Position numbers and translations under genes: made by a program. 64,000 bases of DNA from a virus (taxonomy: Duplodnaviria; Caudoviricetes), in the IMG/VR virus record IMGVR_UViG_3300009826_000020, positions 1-64,000 of that record. One strand, written 5' to 3'. Below are positions 43,350 through 52,878 of this stretch, piece by piece. Under the pieces are notes generated by a model. It did not search any database. It had not been told where the DNA came from and worked only from the letters and a program-made list of their open reading frames with translations. Each line of letters starts with the position of its first letter. The first letter of the stretch is position 1.

Positions 43350-46174
43350 TTGCTACCGTCCCATACCTTGGCTGGTACCCATCCACCAGCCTGTTCCATG
43401 GTGGCCTCAGAGATGAACCTGAAGTCTCTGATGATGAAATCGACCTCGCCGCCTATCGGGCCGGTCCCCCCTGGTCCTTGCCCGCCCGTCCCTGAGATCC
43501 ACAGGTTCATGTCAACGCTGGGACCGTCATCACCGACATTGGCAATCGCCTGCCCGTCAGGGAATCCGTTCCAGGTGGCCCCAGAATAGCTGCGGGGCAA
43601 CTGCGGGTTTGCCTTCCAGGTGGACGGGCTGCCGGTCGGAGAGGTCCAGGTAACCGAGCGTGGTGGTCCTGAGCGCCAATCGAACCAGTGCTTGGTGGGC
43701 AGTGGCGTGTCGGCCTCGGTGTACCGGAGATCGGCCCCATTGATGCTGGGTCCTGACCAGAAGTAGTCCCGCCACTCTGTATAGGCGGGATCGGGCACGA
43801 TGCTCGGCCAGGAAGACCAGTGGCCGTTGGTGGGCTGTGGGTAGCTCCACCTGGCGAACTCAATGTCGATCTCTCGGTTGCAATAATCCCAGGAGTCACT
43901 GGAGCGAGAATCCCAGGTGAACAGTCCCACCACCACATTGAGGGGCACTGGATCAACCGGCGTGTCCAGTGTCCACTCGTACCTGCCGTAGCCGAAGTTG
44001 TTTTTGCTGATAATCTCGGCGCACTCCCAGCCATTACGGGAGGCGTTGTAGGCGATTTTCAGATGGAGCCGGTCCTGGCCGTCAATAAACACCATGTTGT
44101 TAGACCAGAAGTTGTTGCCGGGTCCGACCCTTTCCCCGCCAGCATTGCGCTTGACGTTCCACTCAATGCCCTTCCACATGAGGTTGGATGACCCACCATT
44201 ACCGAAGAGGGCGTAATTGCGATCTGCTGCTGGTGTGCCATATTCACGTATACCGCTGATGTCTCCACCCCATCGCCGCAGATTTCCTGATGCCCACTTC
44301 GTGCCATCCCACGCCTTGACCGGACCAGGAGGCAAAGCTTCTACGAATGGCCCACCACGGAGGTTGTCCCAGCGTGACGTGTTCTCGGACAGTTCAATGC
44401 CAATAGCACCCGTTGTCCAAGAGGTAGCTGGTGAACCGATATTGGCAGTGCTGATGACCTCCGTCCAATGGCCACCGCTCGGACGACGGCCCACGGCGAG
44501 GACATTGCCCCGCTTGGCAAACCAGAGCGAATCACCGCTAGCAATTCCCGGTGCGATTTCACCGGCCAGGTTGGTTCCCACACCGGCAACCTCACGGCTC
44601 AGATACCATTCTGTCCCATACTGAGCGAGACGGAGGCCGGTCTGTTCCGAACCAGGGTTCTGCAACATTATCCAGAAGGAGAACTGGGCACCGCCAGGAC
44701 TGGTCACGCAGTCGATCAATACATCGCAGTCAGGCCCTTGCAATTCCTTGAAGGTGGGGCGCACGAAGCCCTGGTTCCAACCGCTGGCAGTTTGTCCAAG
44801 CGTGTTGCTGATAACCCGCAGACTGCCGGGATAGCCAGAGTTGATCCAGCCGCTGACCCAAATGGGCGCACCGTCCCCGGCGTCGAGGTTACCGTCAGTC
44901 CGGTTGAAATTATCGATCAGGTCTTCATGATCCGGTTCAGGTCCGGTAATAGCAAGAGGCCCGCCCCGAAGATCGTCCCACCGCTGGGTGGCGTCGGTTA
45001 CCTGAAGACCGAAATACCCGTCAGCCGGGAGGTACAGATTCGATGTGGCGGTGAAGAGTTGTGTCCACTGCCCACTGGCTGGCTTGGCATAAGCAGTGAA
45101 CACGTTCCCACGCTTGGAGAACCACAACTCCTCATTGGCAGTAATGCGGTGTGCGATGCCACCGATATAGGTCCACTGCGTGTAGTCGGTCCCCTCGATG
45201 AGGTACAGGAGGAGTTCGCCTTCATAAATCTGCCAGCCCCAGGTTTTCATGTTGCTGGTTTCGACGTTGTTCGCCAGCATGTACCAGGTGACTACATCGT
45301 CTGCTGCCTGATCCGGCGGTACAACGCATTTGACGATCAGGTCGCAGTTCTCTCCTTGGATTTTCTTCTTGGAAGTTGTGCTCTCCCAGTTCTGGCCGGT
45401 GGGGCTGCCGAGGGTATTGCCAATGACCTGGAAATCAGACGCCCAACTACCCCAAGCACTGTGACCGGTCCAGATGTCCGCTCCTGCACCGTCTTGTACT
45501 GGCCCGTTGGCCCGATTGAAGTCATCGATTAGCTCATCGTATTCCGGTGGGTCTACTGGGGGCGGCTGCTCCTCGGTGATCTCGATGGTGTGCGCCCGAT
45601 AGGGCGAAGAGGAGAATCCGGTCACCGTGTCTGCTGCGGGGTTTGCTGCCAGTCCTGCCCTGGTGTGGACCGCCATGAGTGCCGAGGCCCCAGCAGGCTG
45701 GGCAATGCTGTTCGTCCACCCTGAGGGAGGAGAGCCAGCGGTGTTGGCGTGTGCCGCCCCTCTGGTCACCACCCTGACGCCCATTGATGTCCCACCTGTG
45801 GTGGAGAGAGTCAGCGCTGGATAAATGGTGTTGGTCTGGTTGTTGGCATTTCCGCTTGAGGATCCACCGGTAGGAACAGCTAGGGTTCCGCCGTGACTGG
45901 AGCGCAGGACAAGAACGCAGATGTGGCTGGCGTTTGCTGAGGTGACGGTCCCATGATTCGAGGCCGTCGCTTTTGTCCACGCAGTGACCAAGGCGAGGGT
46001 GTTTGCTGCGCCGGTCTGGAGGCTCGTAAAGGTCAGCCCGGAAATAGTGGGGAGGCTGTTTGCCGTATTGTTCGCCCGCCGAGCCGTGACCAGGATCAGA
46101 TCGCCAGCCTGATGGGCTGGCATAGCGACATTGGTGGCTGCTGCCGAAGCACTACTGGCAATCGTGATGGTCAT
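43340..46174 (-). CDS. receptor-binding protein with GH16 glycoside hydrolase and two tandem lectin-like domains
   Basis: EIDIE catalytic motif at 43859-43873 within FGYGRY...VVGLFTW...REIDIEFARW; repeats ELIDDFNR / DLIDNFNR. Confidence 0.8.
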   Translation of the reverse strand: MTITIASSASAAATNVAMPAHQAGDLILVTARRANNTANSLPTISGLTFTSLQTGAANTLALVTAWTKATASNHGTVTSANASHICVLVLRSSHGGTLAVPTGGSSSGNANNQTNTIYPALTLSTTGGTSMGVRVVTRGAAHANTAGSPPSGWTNSIAQPAGASALMAVHTRAGLAANPAADTVTGFSSSPYRAHTIEITEEQPPPVDPPEYDELIDDFNRANGPVQDGAGADIWTGHSAWGSWASDFQVIGNTLGSPTGQNWESTTSKKKIQGENCDLIVKCVVPPDQAADDVVTWYMLANNVETSNMKTWGWQIYEGELLLYLIEGTDYTQWTYIGGIAHRITANEELWFSKRGNVFTAYAKPASGQWTQLFTATSNLYLPADGYFGLQVTDATQRWDDLRGGPLAITGPEPDHEDLIDNFNRTDGNLDAGDGAPIWVSGWINSGYPGSLRVISNTLGQTASGWNQGFVRPTFKELQGPDCDVLIDCVTSPGGAQFSFWIMLQNPGSEQTGLRLAQYGTEWYLSREVAGVGTNLAGEIAPGIASGDSLWFAKRGNVLAVGRRPSGGHWTEVISTANIGSPATSWTTGAIGIELSENTSRWDNLRGGPFVEALPPGPVKAWDGTKWASGNLRRWGGDISGIREYGTPAADRNYALFGNGGSSNLMWKGIEWNVKRNAGGERVGPGNNFWSNNMVFIDGQDRLHLKIAYNASRNGWECAEIISKNNFGYGRYEWTLDTPVDPVPLNVVVGLFTWDSRSSDSWDYCNREIDIEFARWSYPQPTNGHWSSWPSIVPDPAYTEWRDYFWSGPSINGADLRYTEADTPLPTKHWFDWRSGPPRSVTWTSPTGSPSTWKANPQLPRSYSGATWNGFPDGQAIANVGDDGPSVDMNLWISGTGGQGPGGTGPIGGEVDFIIRDFRFISEATMEQAGGWVPAKVWDGSKWI

Positions 46175-47157
46175 GCTGTTGTCTCAAACCAGAGATCTCC
46201 AATACCTGGATTGTTGGGCTGGGCAGGGCCTACACTCATATTCGCACCGCCCCCTCCACCGGCTATCACCTGCTCCCATGCAGCACCATTCCAGAAGTGG
46301 AAAATCCCCCCCTCAGTCAAAGGAGGTGGTGGAGGTGCTGTCGATGTGGCAATGACCTCGAAGGACAATGCTCGCCAGGCAGAAGAGCCGCTGATGGCCA
46401 CGGTGTCTGCTGTCAGATCAGTGGTCAATCCTGCCCTGTAATGCACTGTCAGCAGAGCACCGGCACCAGCCGGTTGTACTAGGCGATTGTTCCATCCCGG
46501 CGGCGGGTCTGCCATTGCAGTGGCCGCTGTTGTCCTGATGGCTACCCGTACACCCATTGAACTGCCGTCTGTCTTTTGCAGGCTGAGTGCCGGATAGGTG
46601 ACATCGGCAGCATTTCCGTTACCCTGTGAAGTCGCCCCGAGAGCCAAGGTTGCATCTGCTGCTCTGAGCGTGATGGCTGCCGTGTGGTTGGCGTTCGTCC
46701 AGGTTCCCGAGGTGAGATTGGAACCGTTGGCGACGACATGGCCACTCTGGATACTCAGGCTGTCGGCACCTCCGTTGGGTCCCTGCTCCCAGGTGAGGTT
46801 GGGAGAACCGCCCCCAGTTGTATTCGGCTTGGTTGGTGGTGTGTTATTACCTGCTCGACGGGCGACGAGGATCACCAAGTCGCCTGCCTGAGCGGAGGGG
46901 AGCGTTGTCGGAGATAGAGCAGCACCGGCATTGGAAGATGATCCGGCGACGGTGATGGTGGGGATGACTGGCGACGGCGGGGGTGGTGGCTCTAGCCATA
47001 GTAGGAAATTATCACGGGGGTTTGGCGGATTTGTACCAACCCAGATCTGTTCTGCGCTGCCTCCACCTGGAGCGCCCTGAGCACCCTGAGGCCCCTGGTA
47101 AGCGAGATCCCGCCAGCCCGTGGAGGTGCGGATGCGTACCGCTCGTTGGTCACTCAA
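46171..47157 (-). CDS. tail fibre/adaptor protein
   Basis: short GxQ collagen stretch; about 200-aa module shared with the N-terminus of 43340-46174. Confidence 0.7.
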   Translation of the reverse strand: MSDQRAVRIRTSTGWRDLAYQGPQGAQGAPGGGSAEQIWVGTNPPNPRDNFLLWLEPPPPPSPVIPTITVAGSSSNAGAALSPTTLPSAQAGDLVILVARRAGNNTPPTKPNTTGGGSPNLTWEQGPNGGADSLSIQSGHVVANGSNLTSGTWTNANHTAAITLRAADATLALGATSQGNGNAADVTYPALSLQKTDGSSMGVRVAIRTTAATAMADPPPGWNNRLVQPAGAGALLTVHYRAGLTTDLTADTVAISGSSAWRALSFEVIATSTAPPPPPLTEGGIFHFWNGAAWEQVIAGGGGGANMSVGPAQPNNPGIGDLWFETTA

Positions 47158-47311
47158 AGTCTCTCTCCATTTTCCGCAGAATATCCGATTCGTATTGGAG
47201 TCGCTGCAACCGTTTCAACTCTCGGCCTAGGCGTCGGAATGACAACCAGAGATCCACGTTAAGCCCTAGCAGAAATCCGAGCAGGACCAGTAGGACGTGG
47301 ACGGCGGTCAT
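47150..47311 (-). CDS. small membrane protein
   Basis: MTAVHVLLVLLGFLLGLNV TM helix plus charged tail; ATGA overlap. Confidence 0.55.
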   Translation of the reverse strand: MTAVHVLLVLLGFLLGLNVDLWLSFRRLGRELKRLQRLQYESDILRKMERDFE

Positions 47312-49026
47312 GGGACAGTGACCCCAGTGGCAATGGCGATGCGGGGACGGTCGCCCTCCAGCCAGTCCTCTTGGGTTGTAAGCAGGTTGTAGGATGCGCC
47401 CCAGGTGCCGTTGAATTGAATAGCGGGAGTGACCCATCGACCATGATCACGGGTACCATTCGGATTCATACCGAACATGCCGTTCAGCCCGAATAAGAAC
47501 TGACGGGTCGGTACAGCACCGAGTAGGTTGTAGTCCCTGATGCCGTCCCAGTTAAAGTTATCGGCAACGACCCGCATCGTCCCGCCCACCGCTCCGATGA
47601 CGGGGACCAGCACTTCGCCAACCTCGACTGGGCAGTTGATCCCCATCTGGTAAAGACCGGCGGGAGTGCCCGATGGAACGGTGGAAGCGGCGGTCGCCCG
47701 GTGGCTGATGATTCCCGTCTGACGGTCGAGGACGTAGATAGCGAGGTGGCCAGTGACCCCTGAGTCGACCGCCTCCTCCAACCCGATTGTCATACCTGTG
47801 ATCGTGCAGGTTCTACCGGCGGTGAGAAAGGCGAACCGAAACCATCCAGAGGGGAGAGTGACTGCAACGTGAGGACCGGCACCGATGTTCTCAGGGACAT
47901 ACCACCGACCGTCGACCAACGGTGTTGCCCCCGGCAAACCAGCAACGCTAGCGCCACCTGGGCTGGGTTGTAATTGCTCCTCGGTAATCCAGAGGGCACC
48001 GGCATTTTGTGTGTCCGGTTGTTGGGCCTGCTCATGAACTTCGACAAGCCCTGGGGATCCCTGTGGCCCCTGACTCCCTGCGCCTCCTCCAGCGAGATCC
48101 TTCCAGCCCTCTCCGTTCCACATCGATAGGGCGTAGCCGACATCCCCACCACTACTGCTCTGATCGTTGATTGCTTCGTAGTCGCCCAGTATTTCCTGTG
48201 GTGTCAGCGCCCGATTGAATATCGCCACTTCATCCAGAACCCCAGCAAAGGAGGTACCTCCACGCCCCAAGGTGAATTTGGTGGTGAGCGAGGATATTGC
48301 TGTTGCCAATTGTGGTTGAGTGGAGGTGGTGACCGGCGTGGCGGCAACCCCGTCGCAGTAGGCGATTGCTGAAGTGCCATCACAGGTGACGACACCATGA
48401 TGGGTCACGTTGTCTGCAAAGCCGGGTGGACGGGTGCCAGGGGATTGACGGGTTGTGCCGCCGGTTCCAGATGGGCCTGGACGAAATTGCAAGTCGCCGC
48501 TGGTATTGGTTAGGCATTGCCAGGGAAGAGGAACTAGATCTTCAGGGGTACCGAAGCACCACATGATCCTGTTCTCCGTACCCGTGCGGAAGAGTACGCT
48601 CACCGACCACTGATTGCCGAGGCCGGTGATGTCTCCCTCGGCTCTGGAGGTGTTTCCCCAGGCGGCGGCGGTGTCTTCATCCCATGGCAACAATCCGATA
48701 GAGGAGGAGATATTACCGGTACCGAGGAGGGTGGAATTGGCTGGGCTGGAGTCGGTGAAATTCGGTGGATCGTCCATCCGCCAGTAGCGGAATAGTCCAC
48801 TCCTGCTAGCAATGCGAGAGTGGTAGGCAGAGGAGGCTGATCGGCGTGGCTCTACCCATAGCTCTCCGCTGCGTGGGTTTGGTGGTGCTAGCTCAGCGAA
48901 TACTGGCTGTGCTCCTGGTGGGCCTGTCTGTCCACGAATTGTCGCCTGCCATGGCTGGACCGGAGCATCAACACCATCATCACCATCACCGGAAATGGGG
49001 TCGCCGGGATCACCGCTTATGCTCAT
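47308..49026 (-). CDS. tail fibre with LamG/ConA-like domain
   Basis: LFRYWRMDD...HGVVTCDG...YCDG...FAGVLDEVAIFNRALT. Confidence 0.8.
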   Translation of the reverse strand: MSISGDPGDPISGDGDDGVDAPVQPWQATIRGQTGPPGAQPVFAELAPPNPRSGELWVEPRRSASSAYHSRIASRSGLFRYWRMDDPPNFTDSSPANSTLLGTGNISSSIGLLPWDEDTAAAWGNTSRAEGDITGLGNQWSVSVLFRTGTENRIMWCFGTPEDLVPLPWQCLTNTSGDLQFRPGPSGTGGTTRQSPGTRPPGFADNVTHHGVVTCDGTSAIAYCDGVAATPVTTSTQPQLATAISSLTTKFTLGRGGTSFAGVLDEVAIFNRALTPQEILGDYEAINDQSSSGGDVGYALSMWNGEGWKDLAGGGAGSQGPQGSPGLVEVHEQAQQPDTQNAGALWITEEQLQPSPGGASVAGLPGATPLVDGRWYVPENIGAGPHVAVTLPSGWFRFAFLTAGRTCTITGMTIGLEEAVDSGVTGHLAIYVLDRQTGIISHRATAASTVPSGTPAGLYQMGINCPVEVGEVLVPVIGAVGGTMRVVADNFNWDGIRDYNLLGAVPTRQFLFGLNGMFGMNPNGTRDHGRWVTPAIQFNGTWGASYNLLTTQEDWLEGDRPRIAIATGVTVP

Positions 49027-51359
49027 CAGGCACCTCCGAGTGGTGGACGGGCAAGGAGGCGCACGCCCTGGAGATTACGACGACTCATCCCACGATGGAA
49101 GAAAGGTGGCTTCGCCCCAGGGTAGGTTGTCGTCCCTGTTGTCACCTCATAGATGGCAGGCCGACCATAGGATAAGCGGATGCTGGAGAATTCGGACGGC
49201 TCGATGTCGAGGTAGTTCCCGACATCGTCCCGCTTCCCCACCGCACACCGGAAATAAGCAGCACCCCGAGGCACTGGGCACCAGGCTCGCCCCCGCCGAC
49301 CCATGTAGCCGAAGCCCAACCCCTTGGCACCGTTGGAACAGATCCAGGTGTTCACATCGGGCCAAGAGTAGAAGTGCGTGCTGATGAAGCAGTACGGCTC
49401 AGGCAATGCCAAGAGCAGGCCGTCGAAAATGGGGTGAACAGGGAGTGGCAATCCCTGTGTCATACGTGCTCGGTTCGTCACGTTCTGGTGACTTGCCGAG
49501 AGGTTCCGGCCCGTTGAGATCGAGATGCTGCCTGCCTCCCACGGTACTGCTGAGGTGAATTCCAGATCACTGTCGGCAATCTGGACATGGCTGATCCAGC
49601 CGTAGCGTGTGCCCCATGTCCCGTGGGCACTTGCAGCGCCCTGTGCCTGGAAGATGATGTCGCCTCCCCGCACATTCTCCCAGTTCTGACCTGCCTCAAA
49701 ATTCCACCCGTTGGTGACGCACCACCTGGCCTGCTCGGAGGCATTGCGTGGCATGGAGTTCGCCCAGGTGTTCGGGCCGTTGTTGGAGTTGCCCGTACTG
49801 GCATACTTGGAGTTCTCGATGGTGATTCCCCGCATGACCAGGCTCACGAAGGTGGAGCAGTCAATCTGTGACGCTCCTGACCAATCCTCGTTGAGTGCCC
49901 CGTCGTAGCCGTACACGCTGGGTCTGTATGACTGGGTGGTGTTGAACCAGGCATCAGCGAGGGAAATAACCGAACTGATCTGCGATGAGCCATTCTGCGG
50001 GAGCGAGAAATCGCCCGCAAATCGAGGGCCTGATACAACTCCTCTGACTTTCCAGTCACCTGACGAGGTGGCGTTCCGAGGCCGGATGTAGCCGAAGTCG
50101 ATCCGATAGTGGGCCTTGGCCTTGGGTAGGAAAACGCCCTCATCGGTGCAATCCCGTCCCTCAAGCCATAGACCTGGTGCCTGCCAGAACTTGATCCTGT
50201 CGGTGTCAACCTGGGTGCGAAAGGTGAGTGCCGACCTATAGCTGGGGTCGACTGTCGCTGGCATTTGGAATGCCAGTGCCGTCAGGGCCGTCGAGGTGAA
50301 ATCGTGGAATTCTCCAGCCTGGATCGTGGGAGCGGTCGATTCTGTGTAAGAAGCCCCGCTCTGGGTGACCAGGGTCAGTTCTCCAGCGGAGCCTTGGTAC
50401 CCCTGGTGGCCTTGCGCCCCTGGTCCTCCAGCCTCTCCAGTGCCCCCAGGTGACCCCTGGTGGCCCTGTGCGCCCTGCTCTCCGGTAGTCGAGGTACCTG
50501 GTCCCCCCTGGGATCCTGGCCCCCCCTGATGCCCCTGAGCACCCTGGCTCCCCTGTGCTCCACCCTCTCCTGATCCTGCCCCCTCACCGACGAGCAGTCG
50601 GTGAATCCTGACGTTGTCCAGCAGGACTGTTTTGTCGTTTGTCCAGCCATCGAAGAGAACCCGTACGAAAGCAGCATTTTCTGGTGCCCTTGGTTCCCAG
50701 TCATCGAGGTCGTTACTCCATCTGCTGGCGGATCTCAAGGCAACCGAATGCCACCCCGCTCTTTTCCTGAGGAGTGTGAATTTGATGCCTGCGGAGGAGA
50801 AGTGATCCTCATTGGCTGCACTCCATTGCCACTCCACCCGAACACCTGCATCGATTGTCGTCGGTATGGTTGGGATGAAGATATCAGCCAAGAAAACATA
50901 AATTTCCCCAGGCTCTACTGCAATGGGAGATGATGTGTACCCTAGCTCAATTGCGAAGTTATGTACGTCATAGGGTAGGGCGTCTGTTATGGCTAAAGCT
51001 CGGTCACCGACTGTCGCATTACCTGTCACCACTTCAATCGTGGTGTTCGCTGATCCTGTGACGCCCCAAGCTCCTGAAGTGCCGCCTTCAAAAGAAGAAC
51101 TTTCTGCATCCAGCAGGTTTGGGCCGACTATCAGGGCATTCCCTATGTCACCGATTATTCCAGAGGTTCCCTCACCGGAGGCCCCCTGCGCTCCCTGGTG
51201 GCCCTGAGGTCCGGTAGTGCCCTGAGGTATTTGCTCCTCGGTTATCCACAGAGAACCGAGATTCAAGGTATCTGGCTGCTGCGTCCCTTCATAGACCTCT
51301 ACGGCCCCAGAGTCGCCCTGTGGCCCCCGCAGGTTCCCGGCGTTGTTCCAGTTACTCAT
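49026..51359 (-). CDS. tail fibre: collagen repeats, CBM-like domain, interrupted NlpC/P60-like domain
   Basis: NLL..SSFEGG CBM pattern; GxQ repeats; IDCSTFV...GDIIF...SHVQI. Confidence 0.8.
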   Translation of the reverse strand: MSNWNNAGNLRGPQGDSGAVEVYEGTQQPDTLNLGSLWITEEQIPQGTTGPQGHQGAQGASGEGTSGIIGDIGNALIVGPNLLDAESSSFEGGTSGAWGVTGSANTTIEVVTGNATVGDRALAITDALPYDVHNFAIELGYTSSPIAVEPGEIYVFLADIFIPTIPTTIDAGVRVEWQWSAANEDHFSSAGIKFTLLRKRAGWHSVALRSASRWSNDLDDWEPRAPENAAFVRVLFDGWTNDKTVLLDNVRIHRLLVGEGAGSGEGGAQGSQGAQGHQGGPGSQGGPGTSTTGEQGAQGHQGSPGGTGEAGGPGAQGHQGYQGSAGELTLVTQSGASYTESTAPTIQAGEFHDFTSTALTALAFQMPATVDPSYRSALTFRTQVDTDRIKFWQAPGLWLEGRDCTDEGVFLPKAKAHYRIDFGYIRPRNATSSGDWKVRGVVSGPRFAGDFSLPQNGSSQISSVISLADAWFNTTQSYRPSVYGYDGALNEDWSGASQIDCSTFVSLVMRGITIENSKYASTGNSNNGPNTWANSMPRNASEQARWCVTNGWNFEAGQNWENVRGGDIIFQAQGAASAHGTWGTRYGWISHVQIADSDLEFTSAVPWEAGSISISTGRNLSASHQNVTNRARMTQGLPLPVHPIFDGLLLALPEPYCFISTHFYSWPDVNTWICSNGAKGLGFGYMGRRGRAWCPVPRGAAYFRCAVGKRDDVGNYLDIEPSEFSSIRLSYGRPAIYEVTTGTTTYPGAKPPFFHRGMSRRNLQGVRLLARPPLGGA

Positions 51360-51842
51360 TTACGCCCAGACCCACAAATTGCCGTCGATGTCGAGCCACG
51401 CATCTCCTGGTTGCCCGCCTGAAGGCGGCGGTCCCTGGCCCGGGAGAGTGCCGACAATGCGAATACCGGCCCCAGAATCGCCCTGTGCGCCGGGACCACC
51501 CTGGTGCCCTTGGTGTCCTTGCTGACCCAGTTCCCCAGCGTTGCCAGCCCCACCCTGGTTCCCCTGATTTCCCTGATGCCCTTGATTTCCTTGCGCTCCG
51601 GTTCCGCCCGCAGTTCCGGCGGTCCCAGGACCGCCCTGGTTACCCTGTGTTCCGACATTTCCCTGGTGGCCCTGGTGTCCCTGCTGGCCGATGCCTCCAT
51701 CAACCCCAGCGGTTCCTGGCCCGCCCTGATGGCCTTGAGATCCTTGATTCCCTGTGGCCCCATCGGCTCCTGTATTACCGGGATCCCCTTGTAGGCCCTG
51801 AGGCCCTCGGATTACACCGACATTCGACCAATCACCGGACAT
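51360..51842 (-). CDS. collagen-like protein
   Basis: about 37 uninterrupted Gly-X-Y triplets. Confidence 0.85.
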   Translation of the reverse strand: MSGDWSNVGVIRGPQGLQGDPGNTGADGATGNQGSQGHQGGPGTAGVDGGIGQQGHQGHQGNVGTQGNQGGPGTAGTAGGTGAQGNQGHQGNQGNQGGAGNAGELGQQGHQGHQGGPGAQGDSGAGIRIVGTLPGQGPPPSGGQPGDAWLDIDGNLWVWA

Positions 51843-51859
51843 TGCCTGCCCTGCCTTCC

Positions 51860-52414
51860 TTAGCTATAGACCCACAGTTCGCCGGTTTCACCAATAATCC
51901 AGCCATCCCCCGGCTGTGGATCCTCGATGGAGGACAGATCCATCACGAATGGCACGGTGCCCTTGATCGTCGTTCTCGGTCCCGGCTCTCCCTGATATCC
52001 CTGCATACCAAAAGGCCCTTGTGGTCCCTCCGGCCCGGATATCTGTTCAAGCTTTGTCCAGCCGACAGGATCGCCCTTGATCAGTCTTGAGTCATACCAC
52101 CAGACTTCATAGCTGCCGTTGACCGGCCCGACGAGCCAGACCTTGCCCATCTGCGTCACGTCAGGGGTACATGGCAGGAAACGGAGGTCAGGTATTACTG
52201 CCTGGATATTGAATCCACCAGGAGGCCCGGTGTGTCCCTGTAATCCCTGAGGCCCTTGTAGCCCCTGTGGTCCCGGCTGGATGCCCGGTGGGCCTTGAGG
52301 CCCTTGCCGTCCGACCGGCCCAGCTAAGCCAGGTACCAGTATCTCCACGATCTCCGAGGTCGGAGAGACGGTGATGGGAAGCTCGGGATAAAGATCGACG
52401 TCAGTGTTGGACAT
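51860..52414 (-). CDS. collagen-repeat tail protein
   Basis: GPQG repeats; DPQPGDGWIIGETGELWVY. Confidence 0.75.
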   Translation of the reverse strand: MSNTDVDLYPELPITVSPTSEIVEILVPGLAGPVGRQGPQGPPGIQPGPQGLQGPQGLQGHTGPPGGFNIQAVIPDLRFLPCTPDVTQMGKVWLVGPVNGSYEVWWYDSRLIKGDPVGWTKLEQISGPEGPQGPFGMQGYQGEPGPRTTIKGTVPFVMDLSSIEDPQPGDGWIIGETGELWVYS

Positions 52415-52877
52415 GGCTACCTCGTCGCCCTATCGGAAGGGGTAGGTTGTCTGGTTCGTCTGGCCTGGTGATATTGGGGTCGACGTAGAAAAAGCCCCGC
52501 ATGAGACGGCCCCGTACGGACTCCTCTTCCTCTTCCTCTTCATTGGTGTACCAGACGAGAAGATCGTAGAGATAGGACCTGCCGATGCCCCAAAAACCTA
52601 CGGCCTGTACTGCCCCTGGGTAATTACCTGACCGGAAATAGTGCTCGATCTCTTCGGCGGTTAGGTGCAACTGGATCGTCGTCCCGTCTTCGAGGACGAC
52701 GCATCGCCCGTTCTCGGCGTCGAGCCGGAGAGCCAGTACGAAATTCGTATTCCGAACGTCCATCATGGCCTGATGGATCTTGACGAAGCTCCAGGTGTCG
52801 ACGTCACGTACTCGGATCTCCCGGTGCCAGTCACTCCCTCCGTTGCAATGGAAATTGTAGCTTTTGACCAGTGCCAT
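52401..52877 (-). CDS. tail-fibre attachment beta-sandwich protein
   Basis: IQLHLTAEE...YLYDLLV pattern typical of fibre-proximal adaptors. Confidence 0.55.
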   Translation of the reverse strand: MALVKSYNFHCNGGSDWHREIRVRDVDTWSFVKIHQAMMDVRNTNFVLALRLDAENGRCVVLEDGTTIQLHLTAEEIEHYFRSGNYPGAVQAVGFWGIGRSYLYDLLVWYTNEEEEEEESVRGRLMRGFFYVDPNITRPDEPDNLPLPIGRRGSHVQH

Positions 52878-52878
52878 C

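Noticed and set aside
43340-52414. Diversity-generating retroelement acting on fibre genes
   Set aside because: No reverse transcriptase, and the duplicated module is diverged throughout rather than showing adenine-specific differences.
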